DNA of 64,000 nt from Eledone cirrhosa (Eukaryota): positions 139,128,001-139,192,000 of the forward strand of contig OZ024741.1 of the NCBI GenBank assembly GCA_964016885.1, read 5' to 3'. Below, one piece after another: positions 27,652 through 40,400 of the stretch. Under the pieces are notes generated by a model, which saw only the letters and a list, made by a program, of their open reading frames with translations, did not search any database and was not told the DNA's origin. The position numbers were made by a program, and so were the translations under genes. The number at the start of each line of letters is the position of its first letter. Within the stretch, counting starts at the first letter, position 1.

Positions 27652-28324
27652 TTGCGAGGTTTTTGATATGAAATCGGTGTCGAAACAAATATTGTTATAC
27701 TTGGGGAGGATCATATTTGTGTAATATTGCCAGTGAAATAGAACTAAACAGAAAGAATGAATGGAATAACAACAACACCCAAACAAACAACACTGACGTA
27801 AGAGAAGTATAAATAAATAAATAGATAAATAAATAAATAAATACATACACAAGCACAATAACAACAAACACATATAAACACACACTAGTAAAGATAGAAT
27901 ACATTAACCGATACACAGTCACACAATCACGAACACACATCAAACAAAACACTATACACACACGCAAACGCATGCGCAAAGAAGACAAAATAAAATAAAC
28001 AAATAAATAAATATATAAACAGACTAAATAAAGGTGGCGTAGAAAATCCAATGTAACGGGAGGAAACAATAGCACCACTGACGATGTTGCAGATGTGCAA
28101 CGAAAGAACTTTGATAAACTACATATATGTGTTTGTGTCTATATTGTATCTGTATTATTTTTGACCGTCGGTCAGTCAATGGCAACATTGCGGACCGAAT
28201 AAATTAGATTACCGATATAAAAGACACAGAAGCGAAAAGCGAAAACCAACCAAACAGTGACTGTGTTCTGTTATTAATTCTGGCAATATTACACAAATAT
28301 GACCCTCCCCAAGTATAACAATAT
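27648..28324 (+). mobile_element. Non-coding PLE derivative, a divergent relative of 9666-10253
   Basis: Inverted terminus 27688-27733 matches 28279-28324 (CTGGCAATATTACACAAATATGACCCTCCCCAAGTATAACAATAT). AC-rich body with an internal hammerhead and (TA)n flanks. Confidence 0.78.
28074..28115 (+). ncRNA. Minimal type I hammerhead ribozyme
   Basis: acca CUGACGA u guugca gaug ugcaac GAAA gaac UU ugau. Stem II covaries relative to the 10056 and 35722 copies. Confidence 0.75.
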
Positions 28325-28378
28325 ATATATATATAAAATACAAATATTAATAAAATAGATGTTCTTTTTATCAATTAC

Positions 28379-28431
28379 ATTTTATTATACATATTTCGCA
28401 TGTACAAGAGTACGTCTTCATCAGATAAAAT
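28379..28431 (-). ncRNA. Type I hammerhead ribozyme
   Basis: Minus strand: auuuuau CUGAUGA agac guac ucuu guac augc GAAA uaugua UA auaaaau. Perfect 7-bp stem I and a near-palindromic stem III. Confidence 0.65.
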
Positions 28432-28636
28432 ATAATGAAATATGACATACGCTGATATGTTAAATGGTTAATATTTAATCAACCATTTAACACCTACCTC
28501 TACGGATATTACCTTCCAGTTTTCCACCACTATATATATATATATGTGTGTAAAAGGTAAACAGAAATAACAACCCAATCGGTATAGTATATGGAAGGGA
28601 TATATTAGGTTAACGCTTGATATAGCAAGAAGAGGG

Positions 28637-28672
28637 TCTTATCGTTTCGGACGCTAGTCCTTCATCAGAAGA
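28637..28672 (-). ncRNA. Minimal Penelope-type hammerhead with U16.1 mutated
   Basis: Minus strand: ucuu CUGAUGA a ggac uagc gucc GAAA cg AU aaga. Homologous to 48027-48062. Confidence 0.68.
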
Positions 28673-28731
28673 AAAAATGAGAAATAAAATAGATTGAGGA
28701 GACTATGTATGCCACATACACACACATACAA

Positions 28732-28766
<35 letters not shown>

Positions 28767-28976
28767 TGTATATCTATCTAGCTAGCTATTTATCTCTCTC
28801 TCTCTATATATATAGCGAGAGAGAGAGGCACACATATGGTTAAGGTAAACATGTAAACATGTTGACTGAACGGGATTGCGTATGCAACGCACCAATCAGT
28901 AAATAATTGAAAAATCACGTAGATTTTTTAATAAAGGACACTTTAACATCTATACCGGACTTCCTATACTCCTTAT

Positions 28977-29044
<68 letters not shown>

Positions 29045-29056
29045 TATAGATATATA

Positions 29057-29101
<45 letters not shown>

Positions 29102-29255
29102 ATTATTAGTACAGATTAAGGTTTAAGCAAAGAATCCCTGCTTCCACCCTATTACGGAATCTTCTGATTTCGGTCTTCATATGTATTAATATGATATATA
29201 TATATATATATCGAATATTGAAAGGTAACACACCCATATTTATATGTATATATAT

Positions 29256-29345
<90 letters not shown>

Positions 29346-29569
29346 GTGTGTGTGTGTATGTATGTACGTATAAACTATTGAAGCGTAAATCTTTATGGAG
29401 ATGTAGGCTTAGCTTGTGGCGTCAGAGGTTTCCTGGAGATTAAACCTGCCGTATATCACCTCTTCAGGTGTTAACAGAGTCAATTTCTTCTAAAGAAGGA
29501 CATATAGATGACGGATTGACGTATTCAGAGTGCAGACAGACAAATAAATTGTACAAAGTATTTACTCCG

Positions 29570-30566
29570 ATCATGCAAATGTTCTGTCCCTTTCACCGTC
29601 TATATTTGCAAGTGTGTGTATAAAAGGTGCGTACTGTAAACTCTTCTGTTCATTATTTTCATGTACAGATATGTCATGTGCAGTCGATTTGGAAGTAGTA
29701 TGAGGAATGTTCGGTGTAAAATGAGTTGACTGGATTTTGGAGACAACATGGTGTTACTTAACTCGACAGAAGTTGATCTCCTACCTGTGCTTGATAGATC
29801 TGATGCTGAGTGCTGAATGGCTGGAATGAAAATCAGTGCTGCGCAAACCGAGAAACACGTCCTCCGAAGGGTGTCTGTGCGGTGCACTCTACATGTTAAT
29901 GGAGTACCACTAAACCAGGTGGAAAAAATCCAGTATCAAGGAGCCGCGTTCACAATTGACGGAAGGTCGAAGGGGAAATTTAGCGTAAGAATTGCATGAG
30001 ATGATGCAGTAATGCGCCAGCTTTCGTATTCGGTGATCAGAAAAATGCAGGTAGGTGTAAAAGCCAAACTCGCTATCTTCAATTTAGTTTTCGTGCCAAC
30101 CATTACCTATAGTTATGTATCTTGAGTAATGATAGGGAGAATATGATGGCAGATACAAGTGGCTGAAATGGGATTCCTTCGAAGGGTCTTTGGATTAACG
30201 TTACTCGAAAGACTGTGTAGTTTGGAGATCAGAGATTTACTCCAGTTAGAGCCGATACTTCTGTGAATTGAGAGATCACAGCACTCATACTATGGGCATG
30301 TGGTCAGAATGTTTGAGTAAAAAATTGCAAAACCTAATTGCAGGAGACCCTGCGGTACACTCTGGAAAAGATAGATGGATAACGTCCATGAGCTTGGCTG
30401 GTCGCGCTTGGGGATCCAGCCTGATTATTTGAAGACAGTTACTTCTGACAGGGCAAGCTAGACTCTCTCAAGAAGAAGAAGAAGAAGAAGAAGAAGAAGA
30501 AGAAGAAGAAGAAGAAGAAGAAGAAGAAGAAGAAGAAGAAGAAGAAGAAGAAGAAGAAGAAGAAGA
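29570..30566 (+). mobile_element. RTE-like LINE 3' fragment with a (GAA)n tail
   Basis: Decayed LFIIFM, FGDNMVLL, GMKIS..TE and NGVPLNQVEK.QY.G..FT.DG motifs. (GAA)n at 30469-30566. Confidence 0.78.
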
Positions 30567-30947
30567 TATAGTGTAGATACTTAGGGTGGAGGTTACGTAG
30601 TAACGCCGCGTTGATAAGCCAGTTTAAGCAATCCCAAACACTTTAGTATATTCACTTTAGTATGTTCATGTTGGTGGTTTGGAATGACGGCGTTTCATTT
30701 ACAAAATGTTGTTAAGACAGTTACTTTTGCATAATTGTTTTATTTCATAATATATATTTCACCGACATAATTATGCGATTCTTATATAATTGACTGTATC
30801 CCATGTGACATCATCAGTTGCTCATACAATTATGATGCTGAGTAATGCAATTATTCAGATCTATGCATATAACCATTGCATAATCATGTCATTTAGATAT
30901 ATATTATGCAATACAACAATTATGTATATATAACCATGTTTTAATCG

Positions 30948-31108
<161 letters not shown>

Positions 31109-31182
31109 ACATATATTTGCTAATAGTATTGTTATCCTCATTATTATTGCTATTCATGTTGCCATTATTATTATAGTTAATT

Positions 31183-31798
31183 ATGGCGCTGTAGTGGCAG
31201 TATCGGTAGAGGGTCGGGCGCCATGCTTTGCAGCATAGAGTTACATTCCTTTACGGTTTGAGTTCAAATCCTGCCCAGGTTAACTTTGCCTTTCATCCTT
31301 ACGGGGTCGATAAAATAAAGCACCAGTAATGCACTGGGGTAATTGCTGGCCTTGTGCCAAAAGTAGAAACTATCATTATTATAATTACAGCCGGTGGTTT
31401 GGCAGTGTCAGCAGAGCATCAGACACGATGCTTTGCAGCATAGAGTTACGGCCTTTTACGTTCTGAGTTCAAATGCCGCCTAAGTTAACTATGCCTTTCA
31501 TACTTACGGGGTCGACAAAATAATGTACTAGATATACACTGGGGTTTATTTAATCGACTTTCCCCTCCCCAATATTGCTGGCCTTATGCCTCAATTAGAA
31601 ACAATTATAATAATTGTTTCTAGTTTTGGCACAAGGCCAGCAATTACCCAGTGCATTATTGGTAATATATTTATCGAGCCTGTAAGGATGAAAGGCGGAG
31701 TTAACCTCAATGGGATTTGAATTTATAGTGTAAAGGGCCGTAACACTATGCTACAAAGCATGGCGTTAGACCCTGTAACGATACTGCCAATCCACCGC
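31183..31798. mobile_element. Cluster of three Meta-like SINEs (+,+,-); the last two are tail-to-tail
   Basis: Copies at about 31183-31375 (+), 31388-31607 (+) and 31610-31798 (-). B-box GTTCAAATC. Junction TAGAAACAATTATAATAATTGTTTCTA. Confidence 0.85.
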
Positions 31799-31926
31799 AT
31801 AATAATGATGATAATGTTGATAATAATTATTACTATAATAGTTTTGCTATTGTTGATTTTCTTGTTATTATAATACGGACGTAGCATACACATACATGTC
31901 CGTGCGTATGTATGTGTGTGAGTGAA

Positions 31927-31989
<63 letters not shown>

Positions 31990-31990
<1 letters not shown>

Positions 31991-32260
31991 GGGCTTACGA
32001 TCGTGAGGTTGCGAGTTCAATTCTCAAACCAGCCGATGATTTGTCTCTTTGAGCAACACATTATTTCACATTTCCCCAGTTCAAAAATGTGTAAGAATGA
32101 GTTGCGAGGTCACTGGCGCCAAGCTGTATCGGCCATTTCCTTTCCCATGTAAGACACCGGTGAGGTGGTGACGGGAGAGGTAAACATGGGGAAAATGCTG
32201 GTCTTTCACAAACAATGTTGTCCGTTCCTGTGCCTCAGAGGGGGAGTTTCTGGCCACAAA
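31990..32260 (+). mobile_element. CORE-like SINE
   Basis: Homologous to 21040-21340. Confidence 0.6.
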
Positions 32261-32350
32261 TAACATTGTCGTACTTGATCGAAATTGGTATTAGTATTAT
32301 ATATATATATATATATATAAGGGCGGTATTAGTATTATATATAATATATG

Positions 32351-32530
32351 AGGGCGGTGGATTGGCAGTAGAGGGTCGGACGCCATGCTTTCCAGCATAG
32401 TTACGTCCCTTTACGATCTGAGTTCAAATCCCGCCGAGGTTGACTTTGCCTTTCATCATTACGGGGTCGATAAAATAAAGTACCAGTAATACACTGGGTA
32501 ATTGCTGGCCTTGTGCCTAAAGTAGAAACA
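32351..32530 (+). mobile_element. Meta-like SINE, full length
   Basis: GGCGGTGGATTGGCAG...GAGTTCAAATCCCGCCGAGGTTGACTTTGCC...AGTAGAAAC. Confidence 0.82.
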
Positions 32531-32613
32531 GGTATTACAAGTATTATATATAAATATATAATAGATACACATATATATACACAGAAACAAAAATATATAT
32601 ATACACTCACGTT

Positions 32614-32670
<57 letters not shown>

Positions 32671-32919
32671 GTATATGTGTGTGTGTGTGTATATGTATGT
32701 ATATATATATATAGTGAAAAATTTAACAAAACAGAGAGACAGTACGAACAAAGGTTTATTAGTTTCACGCTCTTGAGAGTGGGGTGGTGGATACAATTTA
32801 AAGGGTATATATATATATAAATAAGTCACAGATACATATATATATGTTTTGGCAACCATTCACAGTGTGGCTCAATGAAGAATTAATTAAATAATTAACA
32901 ATCAGGGCAATATATAAAA

Positions 32920-33587
32920 ATGTAAGTCCAAAGAATGATAAGATAAAATATATCCAGTTTTTCCTTTCCCAATCAGTATGAATCAACCACGCAAAAAATC
33001 ATTTAAACGAGGCTATAAGTTTAAAATGTACTTATGAAGAAATAATAGACAAATGATATAGCTTCTTTTCCGCGATGTACAGCCATATGATATTTACCTA
33101 ATATTCCTTCTAGCCTGTAGAAATTGAGTAGACATATAGTTTACACGGATTTAGGTACAAAATCGAAGTTAGAAGAAAAAATGTACATAAATTTTACCAT
33201 AATCTTCATAATCTCTACCACCCAGCGGTTTCTTTCTACTTTTTGTATATATCCGGTATTGGATAAATCCACGAGGCTCGGAACTCACCAGGTGATACCT
33301 CAGACTGGACTAGTTTATGTACATTTTTTCTTCTAACTTCGATTTTGTACCTAAATCCGTGTAGTTAACTATATGTCTAGTCAATTTCTACAGGCTAGAA
33401 GGAATATTAGGTAAATATCATATGGCTGTACATCGCGGAAAAGAAGCTATATCATTTGTCTATTATTTTTCATAAGTACATTTTAAATTTATAATCTCGT
33501 TTAAATGATTTTTTGTGTGGTTGATTTATACTGATTGGGAAAGGAAAAACTGTATAGATTTTATCTAATGATTCTTTGGACTTACAT
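32920..33587. repeat. Fold-back with arms of about 270 bp (32920-33191 and 33314-33587) and a spacer of about 120 bp
   Basis: ATGTAAGTCCAAAGAAT...ATGTACATAAA versus TTTATGTACAT...ATTCTTTGGACTTACAT. Confidence 0.9.
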
Positions 33588-33634
33588 ATATATATATATA
33601 TTTACATATATGTATATATATGTATATATATATG

Positions 33635-33669
<35 letters not shown>

Positions 33670-34008
33670 GTATGTATGTGTGTGTGAGCGTGTGTGTGTG
33701 TGTGTGTCTATCCCGGGTTCCATAGGGGGTAGCTAAAGTTACTCAATACATAGCAGGGTATAAATGTTTAATATAGAACTGGCTTCTACAGGACTACATG
33801 ATTTCCTTCGAACGAAACAGTTCTAGTCATGAAGAAGCCATTTTTGTATTAAACCCCACCACCCTCCACTCTCAAGAGAGTGAAACTAATAAACCTTTGT
33901 TTGTACTGCCTCTCTGTTTTCATTCCCGTTCCAGTTTTCACTATATATATATATATGTGTACATATATATAATACATATATATACATATATATATATATA
34001 TACATATA

Positions 34009-34141
34009 TATAAATGAATATAAAAGATAGACAAACACAGATATATACATATATGTGTTCAAATCGTAAGGGACCAGATCGTTTACGATTTGAACACATA
34101 TGTATATATCTGTGTTTGTCTTTCTTTTATATTCATTTATA
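34009..34141. repeat. Fold-back with arms of about 60 bp and a spacer of about 13 nt
   Basis: TATAAATGAATATAAAAGA...TTCAAATCGTAA versus TTACGATTTGAA...TCTTTTATATTCATTTATA. Confidence 0.88.
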
Positions 34142-34229
34142 ATATACGGCTCGGAAAAATCTCTTTCTTACAGCTAATTCATTGTAAAAGACTATTTTGA
34201 GATTCTAACTCTAACTCAATATATACCTT

Positions 34230-34280
<51 letters not shown>

Positions 34281-34282
<2 letters not shown>

Positions 34283-34323
34283 CCTAGTTCTATCGTCACA
34301 TATTATGTGACCTCTTCAGTGAC
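34281..34323 (-). ncRNA. Hammerhead of the left arm (mutated, GAUA instead of GAAA)
   Basis: guca CUGAAGA g gucacau aau augugac GAUA gaac UA ggac. Confidence 0.6.
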
Positions 34324-35721
34324 TGGGTATTCTTCTCTTTGTTTTGTGCCTCTCCTTTGTTCTGTTCTACGCCATCCTGTTTTTTGTGTGTGTGTGTTGT
34401 GTGCTCAGTTTGCGCATGTGTTACATCCGGGTGTCTGCGTGTGTTCTTATTTGTTTATTTATTTGTTTATTTACATGTTACTGGTTGGCTGTTTGTTCTA
34501 AGTGTGTGTGTTTTCATTTTGTCCTTAATTGTAAGTTGTGTTGTTGCTATTCCATTCATGATTTCTATTTAATTTTGGTTTGAGTTCATTTATCTTTACT
34601 GCCTCTGTGATTTGTCTAAACATTGCGTCTTTTCTGTGTGTAGATGTTATTTTTATTTCTATGTACGCTAATTTGCCCTTATTTTCTATTTTAGCATGTT
34701 GGTGGAGTACTGATGAATCTTTTCTATCTTGAAGCTTCGCCAGTATTCATTTAATCGTTCTCCTGTACTACGTGCTGTCTCACATATGCACACTATATTC
34801 TTATCTTTACATTGTTTTTCGGTATAACTTATGGTATATACTAACTTTCTAGTTTTACAGTTAATATGGGGGCTTAGTTTACAGATTATGCATTTCTTAT
34901 CGATACAGGGAGGTCTTTTAAAAGGATATGTATTACTAATAAGTGTTTTTATGGAGGTACCTGGTCTTTCTACTATCTTAATATCTAGTTTAAGTTTATC
35001 TAGGGCCCTTCTAAATTTGTAAGCTAATTCGCCTCTAGGGGTTGTATTTAGAAGGGCCCTAGATAAACTTAAACTAAATATTAAGATAGTAGAAAGACCA
35101 GGTACCTCCATAAAAAAACTTATTCGTAATACATATCCTTTTCAAAGACCTCCCTATATAGATAATATATGCATAATCTCTAAACTAAGCCCCCATATTA
35201 ACGGTAAAACTAGAAACATAGTATATAGCATAAGATGTACTGAAAAACTATGTAAATATAAGAATATGGTGTACATAAGTGAGACAACGAATAAATGAAC
35301 AGTGGCGAGAGCTTCAAGATAGAAAAGATTCATCAGTACTCCACCAACATGCTAACATAGAATATAAGGGCAAATAAATAAGAGTACATAGAAATAAAAA
35401 TAAAATCTACACACAGAAAAGACGCAATGTTTAGACCAATTACAGAGGCAGTAAATATAAATGAACTCCAACCAAAATTAAATAGAAAACAAGAATGGAA
35501 TAGCAACATCACAACTTACAATTAAGGACAAAACGAAAACACACACACATAGAACAAACAACCAGCCAGTAACATGTAAATAAACAAATAAATAAACAAA
35601 TAAGAACACACACAGGCACCCGGATGTAACACATGCGCAAACTAAGCACAAAACACACACAAAAACAAGATGGCGTAGGACAGAACAGAGGAGAGGCACA
35701 AAACAAAGAGAAGAATCCCCA

Positions 35722-35764
35722 GTCACTGAAGCGGTCACATAATGTGTGACGAAAGAACATTGAC
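35722..35764 (+). ncRNA. Hammerhead of the right arm (A9 and U16.1 mutated)
   Basis: guca CUGAAGC g gucacau aau gugugac GAAA gaac AU ugac. Confidence 0.6.
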
Positions 35765-36002
35765 AATATATGAACAACCGTCTGGTTGTGGAACCAACCA
35801 ACCAACCGGAAATTTATAAATTCTTAAATTTATAAATTTAATTTATAATAAAATGGAATGAAAGCAACTGGTGCGTGTGTTACTTATTGCCAACATGACC
35901 CTCCCAAAGTATAACAATATCGGTTTCAACATACGTTTTCAGATAAAAAATCTTGCTAAACAAATTCAGAAACGAATATTATATATATATATATAGAGAG
36001 AG

Positions 36003-36380
36003 AGAGAAAATTGAGATTGGCAATGGCACATGGAACACAAAAGAGACAGAACACCTTTTTGTGAAAAATGAATTTTATACTTGAATTTGAAATCCCACAA
36101 TTATGAAATCCCACAATGAAAAATGAATTCTATACTTGAATTTGAAATCCCACAATTATGAAATCCCACAATGAATTTTATACTTGAATTTTCAAATCTC
36201 AAATTTTAACTCTTCTTATAATTAATTTTTCTTAATATTAATCAACATTTGAAAAGATGGCTTTTGCAGACCCATCGAAACCGGTCATTTTTTATACCCT
36301 TTATTATTTCCTTGCCTTGTGGAGTTGTATGTTTTTTCTTATGTGTTCCATGTGCCATTGCCAACCTCAATTTTCTCTAT
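36003..36380 (+). mobile_element. Non-coding hammerhead cassette with an inverted terminal fragment and an internal 57-bp tandem repeat
   Basis: 36003-36037 is the reverse complement of 36343-36378. Tandem unit at 36063-36190. Hammerhead at 36244-36291. Confidence 0.7.
36244..36291 (+). ncRNA. Type I hammerhead, U3-A8 variant
   Basis: aacau UUGAAAA gaugg cuuuugcagac ccauc GAAA ccgg UC auuuu. GUC site and one stem I mismatch. Confidence 0.68.
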
Positions 36381-36409
36381 AACCTTCGTTTTGTGTAGTA
36401 AATTACACT

Positions 36410-36515
<106 letters not shown>

Positions 36516-36742
36516 TTGTATATGTAAATCTATATATCTATGTATCTAAATATGCCTATGTTTTTAAATATTCATATTATATAGATACAAGACTAAGATG
36601 ATATAATCAGCTGTTGTCGTAATTAATTTGTAATTATATTACAAGTGTTTATAAGAGTTGCTTTGGTGACACATAAACCACTTAATGACGCTATAAAATT
36701 TCTTTATTATGACACCGAAATATAATGTATCTGGTGTATACT

Positions 36743-36860
36743 ATCTGAGTTCAAATCCCGCAGAGGTTGACTTTGCCTTTCATCCTTACGGGGTCGATAA
36801 AATAATGTACCAGTAATGCACTGTGTAATTGCTGGCCTTTTTCCTAAAGTAGAAACAATT
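36743..36860 (+). mobile_element. Meta-like SINE, 5'-truncated
   Basis: Same family as 32351-32530. Confidence 0.78.
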
Positions 36861-37392
36861 ATTTATGGCATTATTCAGATGGTGTTTGTAACACTTCATA
36901 AATGGCGAATTTTTATTAAAAAAATGTTGGAAGATATTAATTTATACCGAACTACTTTAAAACGTGTTATTATTTTTTTTTTTTTCACAGAACTAGGGCT
37001 CGGTTTCACATTGAATAACGAGAAAATTGGAGGGATGCTTTGAATCTTATAATTATTTCATTACAAAGGTTGTATTTGTGACAACATATATAATTATGTA
37101 GGAATATATTAACGAAAACATTGGTTATTTTTTCGAAGAAATATATTGAGGTTGGCCGCTTTGCTATCAAAACTGGTTAACAATCCCTGCATCCAACTTT
37201 CGTGAGTCTCTTAATATATGCTCATCTGTCTCTTTCTTTTTTTTTCTCAATTGAATAACACATGCTTACATTTATTTTCACTAAGAATATAACACCCACA
37301 CTCACTCTCTCTCAATTTTACGCTCATTCTGTAACATTTATTGGCTGATTATCCTCATCTCTCACTCCCTCTCAATTCTCACTCACTCTCAC

Positions 37393-37460
<68 letters not shown>

Positions 37461-40400
37461 CCACATTACACACAGACCTATATATATACGTACGCACACA
37501 CGGTACACTAACTCTGAATTCCACTCTCTTTTTCTCTGTTTCTATCTACCCCTCTCAATCACTGATTCACACACACACTGTATTTCACAGAATCTCTTAC
37601 TCCCTCTTTCTAATTTAACTTGTGCCCTTTTCATGCAGTTATTCTCTATGACGATTCTCGCTGCTAATGTTCATTCATCCTCTCATTCGTTATCCTTGTA
37701 TTTCGTGCCCTACAATCTCAATCCCATCTATATCTATCTCGCTTCCACGATATTACCACACTCTTATTATCCATCCTACAAACACTTAACGCATCCGTAC
37801 ACTCACTTTGACTACATATTTCTATATATACTGTATCTCTATATATTTTTTTCATATATCGCATATTCTGTATCCACACACTCAGACGTGACAATTTTGT
37901 CATCGGTTCCAAACGGACGAAAGACAATGTTGACATCAGTTTGATTTTGAAACATAATGCAAATAGCAGGTATAAATGCCACAAGTTATTCTACGAGACA
38001 CCCTAGTGAAGCTGCCAATTCGCAACGCAGCATATACAAGCATATTTTTAAAAATACGTTTTGCAAGATGCTTGATGTGTTCAAAGAAATTATATTGCAT
38101 TTTGAGAGGATGGTTTGACAAATCAAATGAATCAAAACTCACGCATCAGGCGTTATACCATTTATTTTTATTACAAGTAATATTAATTAATATTATTAAC
38201 TAATCCTCCCATCAGCTGGTTAATCAACTAAATAATTGTCAAAATCATTTCGCCATAATCTATAGAATTATCGATGACTCTTGATGGTTGTGTCTCCTGT
38301 TCAACAATATATCTTTTCTGGTGGATTAAAGACGAAGTCAATGTGCACAAAGACAATGTTATGATAAAAGTGTTGTTATAACTGTAGTGGTGGCATGGAT
38401 ATGAATGCTTGCGTATATATTCATGCAGATTGACCGTTCTATAACATACACTGTTTTCTTCGGTTTACTCTCGGGTCTTGAACAATGCCCCCCTCCCTCC
38501 CGCTTAATAAATTTACAGATTTTTTTTCAACTCCCCGCAATTATCCAAAACCCCGAACGCACACACACACACACTTATTAAATTAATTTTCTTCATACAT
38601 TAAATAAAAATGTATACACCGCAAAAACGTACATTACTAGAAATCGCATATATTATGAAATAAAAACGATAGGTTGGGGGTCTCAATATGCAAACTAAAC
38701 GACCAATACTTTTTTTTTAAAAATCAACGGAGATAACTAGACAAATAAAAGCTTTTCCACCCACCCCATTACTTGGGACCCAGTCTTTTCAATTTTCACA
38801 AATTTTATTTTTCGTATTTTAATTCACACAGTATTGTCGCAGGGCTAACATTGAATCACAAATCGAGTTCCATATACTTAGTGACACGATTTACTGCAAC
38901 ACTTGCTTCTTGTGCCTCCAAATTAAAGCCACTTTAAAGACACTTTATCTGCTCATATATTACCCTGGTGTCTACATATCTGAAACAGGAAGAACAGATC
39001 TACCTCTCCTTTCAATTGTTGCATCAACAAACAAGGGGATATGGATGGATTTTTATGCGGTGTTTGCATTGAACGCTCTATGAATCTCGTAAAACTTGAC
39101 GTGTTGAATATGTTCTTCAATTAAATCGAACATGGAATCAAATAGAAATCGATTTTGTGAAGAGTAGAGTTATATTACGTAGGTTGCATATCTAAACATC
39201 ACATGGTGATAGGATTTTAATAAATCTTGTTCAACATTATTGGCTCGATAATCGAATAGTATGGTATGCAGTCACATACAAACATATCGCTTTACATATA
39301 CACACATACAAATATATACAAGGCACTATATACAGCACACAGAAACGGAGCAGCAGACAGGCGAATCAACACAAATTTGTTCAGACACATATATGTCTGT
39401 GCTGGGTTTCTGTCAATTTCGCTGACAAGCGACCCAGATATTCGAAACAAGGGAACAGTCTGCGCACTAATTTAAAATGTTAATTTAAAATGCTACGCTA
39501 ATTTAAAATGCTAATTTAAATTGCAAATGGCTGTGTATCCTGACAATTTGAAGCACATGTACATGTAGTCAGTTTCCAGCCAGTAGACTGAAGCACCATA
39601 AATAAAGAGTTTCACTGAGAAAAGCACTAATTGACTTACGATTGTGAGCCACCCACCCTATTGGTGAATGTATTAATACCTGACTTCAGTTCAATTCGAA
39701 TGGGAACCGTAGTTATAGGAACATTTTGAACCTCACTCTTCAGGTCAGTACAGGATTGAAAGGGAGTGATAAGGAAGAATTGAGAACGACATATAGTAAG
39801 GGAATCGAAATGATGAAAGGCGAAGTTGGCTTTGGTGGGATTTTAACTTAGATATAAGGTAGACGGAATGATTATCGCAAAGTATTTTATCCAGCCTTCT
39901 AATTTGTTGCTATGCCATATACATACTTTTATGTATGTTTCTGCATAGATACCAATGAAGATAGAATTAAATGGAGATGTATAATAGAATCATAAATAGA
40001 AATAGAGAAAGGAAGGAAATAGCAAAGGGGAATATAAAAAGGCAAAGCCAAATATTGAAAATACAAATATATGGTAGGCCAAATAAATGTCTGAGAAATT
40101 TATGAAGAAATATATTCGAAAAATTAATAGAAAAAATTAATTGAAAATTTAATGGAAAATGTTTATGGAAAAATTAATGGAAGCAATTAATGAAAAAACA
40201 CAGTTTCGAGTGTTATATTTCAAATAAGCTGGAAAATTTATTGATCAGATATATAGATTAATACTGTAAACTTAAAAAGTATAAAATATATGATAATGGT
40301 TAAAATATAAGGCATCAGTCTTAATATAATGAGGTTTGGTATTCAGAAAAAATATCAATAGAAATGTTAAAATATAAAGTATGATATAAAGTAGCGCACA

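Larger units (their letters stand above)
34279..35978. mobile_element. Head-to-head inverted dimer of a GIY-YIG PLE 3' end (left arm - 34279-35016, right arm + 35045-35978)
   Basis: ORF 34686-35111 (-): C-x4-C-x2-C...CKTRKLVYTI...C...ICETARSTGERLNEY, a GIY-YIG-type endonuclease remnant. Each arm continues into the AC-rich UTR and a hammerhead. (TA)n on both sides. Confidence 0.85.

Noticed and set aside
31183-31280. tRNA gene
   Set aside because: A/B-box-like motifs belong to SINE heads. No complete cloverleaf.
36063-36190. Repeat array superficially resembling CRISPR
   Set aside because: It is a simple 57-bp tandem duplication without unique spacers, in a eukaryotic context with no cas genes.
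38466-38785. Possible old non-autonomous DNA transposon (TACTCTCGGGTC...GGGACCCAG)
   Set aside because: The terminal match is too short and degenerate to support.
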